Shown: one piece after another, positions 1 to 7,480 of the stretch | Layout of the letters: each line of letters begins with the position of its first letter | How positions within the stretch are numbered: position 1 is the first letter of the stretch | From: an uncultured virus (IMG/VR IMGVR_UViG_3300025623_000002) | Lineage: Duplodnaviria > Heunggongvirae > Uroviricota > Caudoviricetes | Length of the DNA stretch: 33,560 bases | Virus record (IMG/VR): IMGVR_UViG_3300025623_000002 | Direction: 5' to 3' (one strand) | Notes under the pieces: model-generated | The model's input: only the letters and a program-made list of their open reading frames with translations | Database searches by the model: none | What the model was told of the DNA's origin: nothing | Program-made: the position numbers and the translations under genes

Positions 1-1309
1 CATTTTTGTCTTTAACTATATTTCTTTGTATTAATAATAATGATGACCTATCCGATATGCCAGTAAGTTGGGGTTCTATTTTAGTTGATTCTTTTTCTTC
101 CTTAATAATATTAATAGTTTTAACAATAGATTTTAATAATTGTTTTTCCATTGGTTCTTCATCTTCTTCTATCTTAGTTGATGCTTGTGATTGTTTATAT
201 GCCCTAAATATCTTTTTAAATAATCGTCTTATATCAGTAGGTAGTAACTTGTTATCGTTAAAAAATGTTTTGAATTTATTTTCTACTTTAGTTCCATGTA
301 TTTTTTCAGGTGTTAAACTTTCATCATAATTATCTAATATTCCATTTATTGTTTTAATCTCTACATCGTTAAATTTCCAATCTTTTTTAAATTTATCAAA
401 CTCTTTCATTTCTTTTGTTTTTTCCAACCATTCATATAGATTTTTATTACCATTATATAAATCAGTAATTATATCAAAAATTTCATTTACTTGTATTTCT
501 TTTAAAAATGTATCTTTTTCTACAAAATTATAAGGAAAACCCGACTCATCCCAATCACCAAATGGTTTATCAAATACATTTTTAATATAATCTAATATTT
601 TTATTGTAATAGTTATCTTTTCTTTTTTAATATCTACATATAAATGATTTTCTAATATTTTAGTATTTAAAATAGGTTTTGATGTTTGGATTTTATTCTC
701 AATTTCCTTTACTACTGTACTTTTATAATCTATTGTAGATTCTCGTATTTCCTTTTCTTCGTTTTTTGTATCTGCTACTGCATCTTTATCACTACTAGTA
801 GATAATTCCGTTTCTTCTAATATCTCTTTAAGATTTCCTTTATCAAGCCCTTCTGCTACAGTTTTTTTTCCAATGCGTTTTATTATTCGCGTAGTAAGAA
901 TATCATCTTCTATATATCCTTCATTATGTAATAATTGTATAATCCCTAATAAAGTAGAGTTTGATAATTTATCCACTACTATTATTTTTAAACAATTTTC
1001 AAGTTCTGTTAAATTTGTTTTAGAAGTTTTACGGTTAGGATATTCTGCTCTTAAATCTTCCAGTTGAACATTTAACAACAGTTGAATTTTATCTTCACTT
1101 TGTTCCATTTTAGATGTTATGTCTAAAAAACTATCCGAAAAAATATAAGCAGCGTAATCTAAAAAAAGGTTGGGTACATTATCATTAGAAACTATTATGT
1201 TATCATCTTTTGTTGTATGATTAATTATTTCCCAACCATTAACTATTTCTTCTGTTAATGTAATTGAAGTAGGTAAAGTAGGTATAATTCTCTCAGTAAT
1301 TTTTACCAT
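1..1309 (-). CDS. Large hypothetical protein, truncated by the window edge (MVKITERIIPTLPTS...)
   Basis: Hand-translated open frame from ATG at 1309 to the window start; GGTGG SD upstream; K/E/I-rich; absent from the ORF track because no stop lies in the window. Confidence 0.75.
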   Translation of the reverse strand, partial: MVKITERIIPTLPTSITLTEEIVNGWEIINHTTKDDNIIVSNDNVPNLFLDYAAYIFSDSFLDITSKMEQSEDKIQLLLNVQLEDLRAEYPNRKTSKTNLTELENCLKIIVVDKLSNSTLLGIIQLLHNEGYIEDDILTTRIIKRIGKKTVAEGLDKGNLKEILEETELSTSSDKDAVADTKNEEKEIRESTIDYKSTVVKEIENKIQTSKPILNTKILENHLYVDIKKEKITITIKILDYIKNVFDKPFGDWDESGFPYNFVEKDTFLKEIQVNEIFDIITDLYNGNKNLYEWLEKTKEMKEFDKFKKDWKFNDVEIKTINGILDNYDESLTPEKIHGTKVENKFKTFFNDNKLLPTDIRRLFKKIFRAYKQSQASTKIEEDEEPMEKQLLKSIVKTINIIKEEKESTKIEPQLTGISDRSSLLLIQRNIVKDKN

Positions 1310-1322
1310 TCATTAAACCACC

Positions 1323-2057
1323 TTAAGCAAGCCATTTAGCCCAAGCAACTGCTTTGCCTAATCCTTGTGCTAGACCTAAACCGCTCTGTGGTGGGGTGTA
1401 TGTTGGCTGACCGGTCTGAGGGTCAATCCAATAAGGATTATTCATACTATCATATCCTTGTGGGGGAATAGGATAACCACTGCCATTTTGTAATGCCATT
1501 TGTTGTTGGTTCATAGTATTATTAAAATTAGTACTCATGTTACCACCTTGTATTTGGCTAGGATTTAAGCCTTGAGGGTTCATACCTTGTTGCTGCATAC
1601 CCATTTGTTGCCGCATATCCATTGGTGTTTGAGTTTGAGATTGGGGTTGTGATGGAGATGAGAACCCTTGTGCTTCAAGATATTGTTGTTTAGCCATCCT
1701 TCGTTGCATTACAACTTCACTATTAATAGCAGTAGCCAAAAGATTAGCCATATCTAAATCAATATTTTCTTGAGTAATCCTAGTAAATTCAGTAAGAGCA
1801 TCTGGAGATATAACAAGATTACCACTAGAACTTTGATTAAATTCTAACTTAATTAACATTTGGCTAACTGCTCTTTGAACAGTATCTTCAATTAGTTTTT
1901 CCATTGCCTTTAAAAATGATTCACCGTGATATTGAAAGAAATCTTCAACATGATTTTCTTGTAAAGTTAAAAGGTTATTGATTGTTTTAAATTGGGTTTG
2001 CTGTTGCGCCCCCATTTGTGTTGATAAGTTACTATTACTCGTTCCAAATAACCCCAT
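1323..2057 (-). CDS. Hypothetical protein with Q/M/P/G-rich low-complexity region and C-terminal amphipathic helix
   Basis: 244 aa; QQQMGMQQQGMNPQG tract; ends GLGLAQGLGKAVAWAKWLA; coupled to the upstream gene by TAATG. Confidence 0.8.
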   Translation of the reverse strand: MGLFGTSNSNLSTQMGAQQQTQFKTINNLLTLQENHVEDFFQYHGESFLKAMEKLIEDTVQRAVSQMLIKLEFNQSSSGNLVISPDALTEFTRITQENIDLDMANLLATAINSEVVMQRRMAKQQYLEAQGFSSPSQPQSQTQTPMDMRQQMGMQQQGMNPQGLNPSQIQGGNMSTNFNNTMNQQQMALQNGSGYPIPPQGYDSMNNPYWIDPQTGQPTYTPPQSGLGLAQGLGKAVAWAKWLA

Positions 2058-2743
2058 TACTCAACCACCTCTTCCGTAACAATTGCGACCTTAACGCCAT
2101 CGGTTAATAGAGTTTTGACTCGCTCATTAATACTGTTAGTTTCTATTACTAATCTAAATAATTCTTCTTCTTTAGATTCAATACCCATAGTAGGTGGTTT
2201 AATTGTCCAACCTAATGAAGATAATGATTGCATGTCTGTCTGTTTTAAACTAGTCAATGGGGCAGAAATTAAAGGGTTTAACATTTTAGCAGAAGGAATA
2301 TATGCACTAAAAGAAAGACCATGTTCTTCTGCTAACATTTGTTGTTCTAACATTTCATATTGCTTATGGATTGTTGCGTGTTTATTACAATAAGTTCCCC
2401 TCATAGGATAGCCCCTTCTTACTTTATGTAATGGTAAAGGGGGGCGCATAGAATCTCCTGCTTCCCATATTTTTTGAGAGCCACATACAACACATCTATC
2501 TTTAATATTATATTTAAATTTATATGGGAATTTAAGAAATGTTTTTTTCTCAGGCATTAAAACTTTAATTATTTCCTTCAATTGTTTTTTGGGTTTTAAA
2601 TTTTTATATTCATATTGCATTACTGACCCTGCTGCTCTCGCAGTACTAAAAGTATCTAAATATGGGTTTGAAGTAATATGTGCTGATTGTGCGCCTATTA
2701 AATTTGGGGGGTTGAAATTCATTGCCATGTGATATTCTCCCAT
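2057..2743 (-). CDS. Hypothetical Zn-binding protein
   Basis: CVVC ... YCNKH motifs; stop/start overlap with the downstream gene. Confidence 0.75.
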   Translation of the reverse strand: MGEYHMAMNFNPPNLIGAQSAHITSNPYLDTFSTARAAGSVMQYEYKNLKPKKQLKEIIKVLMPEKKTFLKFPYKFKYNIKDRCVVCGSQKIWEAGDSMRPPLPLHKVRRGYPMRGTYCNKHATIHKQYEMLEQQMLAEEHGLSFSAYIPSAKMLNPLISAPLTSLKQTDMQSLSSLGWTIKPPTMGIESKEEELFRLVIETNSINERVKTLLTDGVKVAIVTEEVVE

Positions 2744-3411
2744 TAGTAATCCTTTATCATTGTTAGGATTCCCCTATATACCATTTCTGAATCTGATTTA
2801 GCACTTACTATGTATTTATAACAAGGTATTCCTTTATCATTTAACTTTTGCATACCATTTCTAAATGAGTCAAATATTGGATGTTTTTCAATAGATGTAT
2901 AGTCATATTTATCTTTCCATAAATCATGTTTATTAGCCCATAATCCAACTGCAACAGGGTAATCATGTATTTTCTTTTTTTGTTTTTTTCCTTTGTGGTT
3001 CCAATAAGGAGTACAAATTGTATCAACTAAAAAAGTCCAACATAATTGTTGTTCTATATCATAATGTTTATCCATATGTCTATCATCAATCATAAAAATA
3101 ATATATTTTACTTTTCTAGTTTTCATGTCTTGAACCCATTCATTCCAAAATACTGTTTCACCACCAACATCAGCAGTTTTAATGGTATGAGCATCACCAT
3201 CTAATTTTACAAATTTTCTAGATGGTCGTTGTAATCCAACAGTTCTATCTGTAATAGCAGGGATTTCACCTCTAGTTCTTAATTGATGATGTAGAGTAGT
3301 TTTACCTACTTTACTTGCACCATATACTCCAAAAGGAATTGAATGTAATCTTTGATAGATTCTATTCATTCCTTCTACAAATAAAATAGCGAAACCCGCC
3401 ATCACCGACAT
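2743..3411 (-). CDS. Ras-superfamily small GTPase, Arf/Sar-like
   Basis: G1 GASKVGKT, G2 RTVG, G3 DVGG, IIFMID strand, G4 NKHD, G5 SAK; hydrophobic/amphipathic N-terminus. Confidence 0.85.
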   Translation of the reverse strand: MSVMAGFAILFVEGMNRIYQRLHSIPFGVYGASKVGKTTLHHQLRTRGEIPAITDRTVGLQRPSRKFVKLDGDAHTIKTADVGGETVFWNEWVQDMKTRKVKYIIFMIDDRHMDKHYDIEQQLCWTFLVDTICTPYWNHKGKKQKKKIHDYPVAVGLWANKHDLWKDKYDYTSIEKHPIFDSFRNGMQKLNDKGIPCYKYIVSAKSDSEMVYRGILTMIKDY

Positions 3412-3417
3412 TATTAA

Positions 3418-3642
3418 TCACACCAAATGATGCCATAAATTAACAATCCCATTCCATGTAGAAGAATATAAATTATACCCAAATAAAGGTATTGCATGAC
3501 CTATCAAAAAACCTATTACTGTTGAGATTATACCCCATAACCAAAACCTCGCTCTAAGAAACCAAATATCAGCAGAGTGCGCTCTTTGCAAATCATATGC
3601 TAATGTGGATTCATCGAACCCCATTAGTATCTCAGATACCAT
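3418..3642 (-). CDS. Small membrane protein
   Basis: Hydrophobic stretch FWLWGIISTVIGFLIGHAIPLFGY. Confidence 0.7.
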   Translation of the reverse strand: MVSEILMGFDESTLAYDLQRAHSADIWFLRARFWLWGIISTVIGFLIGHAIPLFGYNLYSSTWNGIVNLWHHLV

Positions 3643-3649
3643 TTAATCA

Positions 3650-4084
3650 CTACTCGTTAAATCCAGTTAAAAATGTAGGGTTTATTGTATTGCTATCAAA
3701 TTGCGGTTGTTGGTTTTGTTGCATTGTAGGTAAGTTAGCATCTCCATACACCGGCTGACCGAAGGTTTGATTGAAACTTCTTAATGATTCTCTAACTCTC
3801 TTTCTATTATCTTCATCCCTTGCTTTTCTATTCCAATAAGAATCTATTTTTCTTTGTAGCAGGAAATCTTCTATTACATCATTTAACATTAAATCAAATA
3901 GTGCTTTCAATAACATGATACCCCCTACTGTGCATATACCGAATAATACTGCATGGGAAAGTCCTGTGTATGGGAAATCCATACCATATAAAGTATAGAA
4001 ATAAATATTTGTTCCACTAATTGCACCAACAAATAGTATAGTCATTACTAGTCTTGTATCTGTATCAATACTAGGCAAACACAT
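3650..4084 (-). CDS. Two-TM membrane protein with coiled/polar C-terminal tail
   Basis: Hydrophobic segments LVMTILFVGAISGTNIYFY and AVLFGICTVGGIMLLKALF; start uncertain (4093, 4084 or a downstream TTG). Confidence 0.7.
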   Translation of the reverse strand: MCLPSIDTDTRLVMTILFVGAISGTNIYFYTLYGMDFPYTGLSHAVLFGICTVGGIMLLKALFDLMLNDVIEDFLLQRKIDSYWNRKARDEDNRKRVRESLRSFNQTFGQPVYGDANLPTMQQNQQPQFDSNTINPTFLTGFNE

Positions 4085-4362
4085 CAACTCCATGTGCAGG
4101 AATATGAGCCACCTGAACCGGATAGTATTGCAGTTATACCTGTTCCCATTGCTCTGTCGTGCATATCAAATTCAATAGTATTATTAGCAGTAAGAATTAA
4201 TCTAGCAACTTCATCTGCTGAACCAACAGTAGTGTTATTATGGTCATATAATTTTAATGTTGCAGTTCCAGTAGAACAAAAATGAATGCTGGTCATTTTA
4301 CATCTACCGTCATTCAATACTGCACTAGATGTTTTAACAGGACTACCTGCTGAAACCATCAC
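4084..4362 (-). CDS. Small beta-rich protein, possible capsid decoration/minor structural protein
   Basis: 92 aa, G/S/T-rich, two genes downstream of the major capsid gene. Confidence 0.55.
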   Translation of the reverse strand: MMVSAGSPVKTSSAVLNDGRCKMTSIHFCSTGTATLKLYDHNNTTVGSADEVARLILTANNTIEFDMHDRAMGTGITAILSGSGGSYSCTWS

Positions 4363-4772
4363 TTCACATCCTTAGTGGTTTTCTTCTTAGTAGTGGTTTT
4401 CTTAGCAACGGGTTTCTTTTCTTTTACTGTTTCTTTAGGGACAACAGTTTCAACCACTGCTTCAACCACTGCTTCAACCTGCTTTTTAACAGGAGTTTTT
4501 ACTTTCTTAGGAAATAATATATCATTAACATCGCCTTCTACACCTAAATGTCGTCGTATTGCTTTAATTCTATTTTCAGGTAAATTAGCAATATCCTTTT
4601 TATCATCAACTGTAAAGTCAACTTGGATTGCTTCATCTCCTAAATAAAGTGCTGCGATTCTAGCAGGTACTTCACAAGGGGTTTGTGCTGTAAGAGAATA
4701 TATTTTTTCTCCAACCCCTCTAATTTCTAATGCGCCTTCAACTCTATGTGTTTTCAATCTTATTAATGCCAT
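4359..4772 (-). CDS. Hypothetical protein with K/T-rich basic tail
   Basis: Start moved to ATG 4772 (MALIRLK) because GGTGA SD lies just upstream; VEAVVEAV repeat. Confidence 0.7.
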   Translation of the reverse strand: MALIRLKTHRVEGALEIRGVGEKIYSLTAQTPCEVPARIAALYLGDEAIQVDFTVDDKKDIANLPENRIKAIRRHLGVEGDVNDILFPKKVKTPVKKQVEAVVEAVVETVVPKETVKEKKPVAKKTTTKKKTTKDVK

Positions 4773-4793
4773 AATATCACCATTTTTTAAAGG

Positions 4794-4835
4794 GTAGTAA
4801 CCCCTACCCCGATGTTTCGGAGTAGAGGCTACTAC
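4794..4835 (-). terminator. 19-bp RNA hairpin downstream of the major capsid gene (terminator, stabiliser or processing site)
   Basis: GTAGTAGCCTCTACTCCGA-AACA-TCGGGGTAGGGGTTACTAC; the three non-Watson-Crick pairs are all G-U on the minus strand. Confidence 0.6.
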
Positions 4836-4863
4836 TTTACATTTCACTTATTATTTAAGTATC

Positions 4864-6267
4864 TCAAGCACTCTTTAGGTTGGTAATCTTACCTTGACCC
4901 TTGAAGAAGGAACAGCATGTTTCGCCCATTGTGCGATACATACCTTGATTTCCAAGTTTACCAACACCGAATGGATTTCCACTAGTAATTCCATCCTCAA
5001 AATACTGAGTAGGCTTCATTACAGATAACCAAAGATGGTCTGTATCAAGAATTAACATATCACTTAACCTGTTGCTTGTTGATTGACCAGTTGACGGCAT
5101 ATCTTTAGCAGGGATAATTGGTATGTCGTAGTAGGTTGCCACACGGAAACCTACTTCTTGACCCTTTACTCCACGAACACCATTATGGGAAGGAACTATT
5201 TCTTTCCTATCCATAAATCGCTCTTGTGATTGTAGTAAATCAGAAAGTTTCTGTATGGTATCATATCCAGTAATGATAACTTTAGGATTACCACCGTTAG
5301 TGCGGATTCTACGAATCATATCATTAAGTATGCTTAGAGTTAAAACTCTACAATTACCTGATGTATAATCAGTACCGAAGTCAACTTCTGCGTCTAGGAA
5401 AGATGCAACACCTGTGTAAGTGTAAGCACCTGTTCCGCCGCTAGTATCAACAGTAACAGTTCTAGTTGAACCAAAGATAGTAGTAGCATCAGCAAGTTGT
5501 GCTGCTGTACCATTATTTGTTTGGTTGTGATAGAATACGTCGTCATCAGCCATCTTTGCAAGTTCAGCAGCAGATGATATAATCTTCATTAGAGAAGTAT
5601 AATTCTTCTCAATTCCAGTTGTACCGTTCTCTGAATACTTTTCAAGAGGCATAACTAACATCTTGCTTTGTACTTCAGCGTGTAACTTACCCATGTCTTC
5701 TCTAACGATAGCGCGAATATCTCCGACACCATCATCAATTGCAGCCATTTCCATTCCTAGTTCTGAGAACTCAAATAGATGTGCAATAGTCTTAGGGCTA
5801 ACATATAGTTTAGTATATTCAGGAGCGATTGCTCTGAATCCATCTGCACCACCTAATGCTGCGTTTTCTCCAACACCACCAATTTGGTCTGCTCTAGGTG
5901 TTTCTGCCTGAGCAGAAGTCATTGCTGCTGTTACTGCATTAGTACCAGTTCCGAATGCTGCACTTGAACCACCAATAGGTCGGCTCTTTAGTACTCTCCA
6001 ACCACTAGATGTGTAAGGTCGCTTTGCAAGCATTGCAAGAGGGTTAACTTCTTGGTTTAATACTGACCAAACTTTTTGTCCGTATAATAGGTTGTATAAA
6101 TCTCCTAATCCTGCTGCACCGGTAAATGCATTAGCACTAGTATCGTGAGGTGTTCCAAATCCACCAACGACTCCACCTGCTTTAAGCAAAGCGTTGCCGC
6201 TACCAGTTCCACCATATCCGTATGTTGCTGCTTCTAAATCTTTCATTGTCTTAATATATCCACTCAT
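4864..6267 (-). CDS. Major capsid protein (HK97-like fold)
   Basis: 467 aa directly after the prohead protease; YGQKVWSVLNQE, GFRVATYYDIPII, GKITNLK motifs typical of archaeal head-tail virus capsids; GGTGA SD. Confidence 0.85.
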   Translation of the reverse strand: MSGYIKTMKDLEAATYGYGGTGSGNALLKAGGVVGGFGTPHDTSANAFTGAAGLGDLYNLLYGQKVWSVLNQEVNPLAMLAKRPYTSSGWRVLKSRPIGGSSAAFGTGTNAVTAAMTSAQAETPRADQIGGVGENAALGGADGFRAIAPEYTKLYVSPKTIAHLFEFSELGMEMAAIDDGVGDIRAIVREDMGKLHAEVQSKMLVMPLEKYSENGTTGIEKNYTSLMKIISSAAELAKMADDDVFYHNQTNNGTAAQLADATTIFGSTRTVTVDTSGGTGAYTYTGVASFLDAEVDFGTDYTSGNCRVLTLSILNDMIRRIRTNGGNPKVIITGYDTIQKLSDLLQSQERFMDRKEIVPSHNGVRGVKGQEVGFRVATYYDIPIIPAKDMPSTGQSTSNRLSDMLILDTDHLWLSVMKPTQYFEDGITSGNPFGVGKLGNQGMYRTMGETCCSFFKGQGKITNLKSA

Positions 6268-6269
6268 AT

Positions 6270-7448
6270 TTAATCACCCCTCACTAGGTTGTGAACGTCA
6301 TCCCAAGTCATAGATGCTGCTGCTTCTAAACTTGTAGGTATTCCTTCAGGTAGCGTCATAGACACTTCTGCGCTCTTGCGAATTGTTTCATTTTCTTTTG
6401 ATAGAGATTTGCGTAGTAATACAAACTCTTCTTTTAGTGCTGCTACATCTGTTCGGGCATCGTATGATGCTGATTCATGGTTTGCTTTCTTTACAGAAAG
6501 TTCTTCAGCAAGTCTAGATTCAAAAGTCTTGCTTAGATTATCATAAGCGTATTTTTCCATCTGTTCTGCTTTAAACTGCACATATGCCTTTTCAACATTC
6601 TCTGCGCTTAGGTTAAGAGTACTAAAATCAGAGTCATTTAGACCCTCACTCTTTAGTTCAGAAGGTGCTGCTGTTGGTTTACCGCCGCTAACAACTAATT
6701 CTCCTGCTTCATAATCTCTAGTTGTATCTTCATCTAGAGCCTTCAGTTCTTCCTCTTCTTCTTCAGAATCTCCCTTTTCCATTTCAGGTTCTTCTTCAGT
6801 GTCCATATACTGTTCATTCTTCGTTACTTCTTCATTTTCTTGCTCTCCGAGTCCGTTAACTTGTTTCATTAAGTCATTCAACTCTTCAAGTGCTTTTTCT
6901 AATTTTTCACTCATTGTTTTGTCCTCCATTTTTAAAATGTCGAATTTTGCTTCGGGATTAATACCCTTTTCGCAGATAGTTACTTCGTGTAACTCTAATC
7001 TGTCTATCTCATTGTATTCGCCAAACTCTTCTGATGTTCTTTGTTTCTTAGAAATCGCTTGACCCCCAATACTAAAAGAACGAAGTGTTCCCTTTCTAAT
7101 ACTTCTTGAAATTTCTTTTGCTTTTTCTATGTCCTCTCTTAACTTAATAACAACATAAAACCCTACATCATCTACACCGGTTTTATGTAAAGTTCCATTA
7201 GTATCACGATATTTTTCAATAACTTCTCCAACTTGCACATTAGAATGATTAGACATTACATTTCTATATTTCTTCTCACCCATATATTTTACAACTGCTT
7301 CATCTAAAGCACTTAATGTAATTAAATCGTTTTGTTTATCTACTATTTCTATAGAAGCATATCCACCAATAACTAAATTATCAGACTTAAGAATAGTAAA
7401 TTCATGATGAGAATTTGCTTTCAACAAAAGTGTAGGCTGCATCAGCAT
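6270..7448 (-). CDS. Prohead protease (HK97-family) fused to acidic scaffold domain
   Basis: IGGYASIEIVDKQND, MSNH, LRSFSIGG, LHEVTIC..GINPEA motifs; acidic coiled C-terminal half. Confidence 0.88.
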   Translation of the reverse strand: MLMQPTLLLKANSHHEFTILKSDNLVIGGYASIEIVDKQNDLITLSALDEAVVKYMGEKKYRNVMSNHSNVQVGEVIEKYRDTNGTLHKTGVDDVGFYVVIKLREDIEKAKEISRSIRKGTLRSFSIGGQAISKKQRTSEEFGEYNEIDRLELHEVTICEKGINPEAKFDILKMEDKTMSEKLEKALEELNDLMKQVNGLGEQENEEVTKNEQYMDTEEEPEMEKGDSEEEEEELKALDEDTTRDYEAGELVVSGGKPTAAPSELKSEGLNDSDFSTLNLSAENVEKAYVQFKAEQMEKYAYDNLSKTFESRLAEELSVKKANHESASYDARTDVAALKEEFVLLRKSLSKENETIRKSAEVSMTLPEGIPTSLEAAASMTWDDVHNLVRGD

Positions 7449-7470
7449 TATTTTTTAATTTTTAACTTTT

Positions 7471-7480
7471 ACTATATTAA
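7471..7480 (-). promoter_or_regulatory. Putative TATA box for a leaderless protease/capsid transcript
   Basis: TTAATATAG about 25-30 nt upstream of ATG 7448; no SD in the gap. Confidence 0.4.

Noticed and set aside
3418..4084. Classical holin/endolysin cassette
   Set aside because: Membrane proteins are present but no lytic enzyme motif is; a holin call is not supportable.
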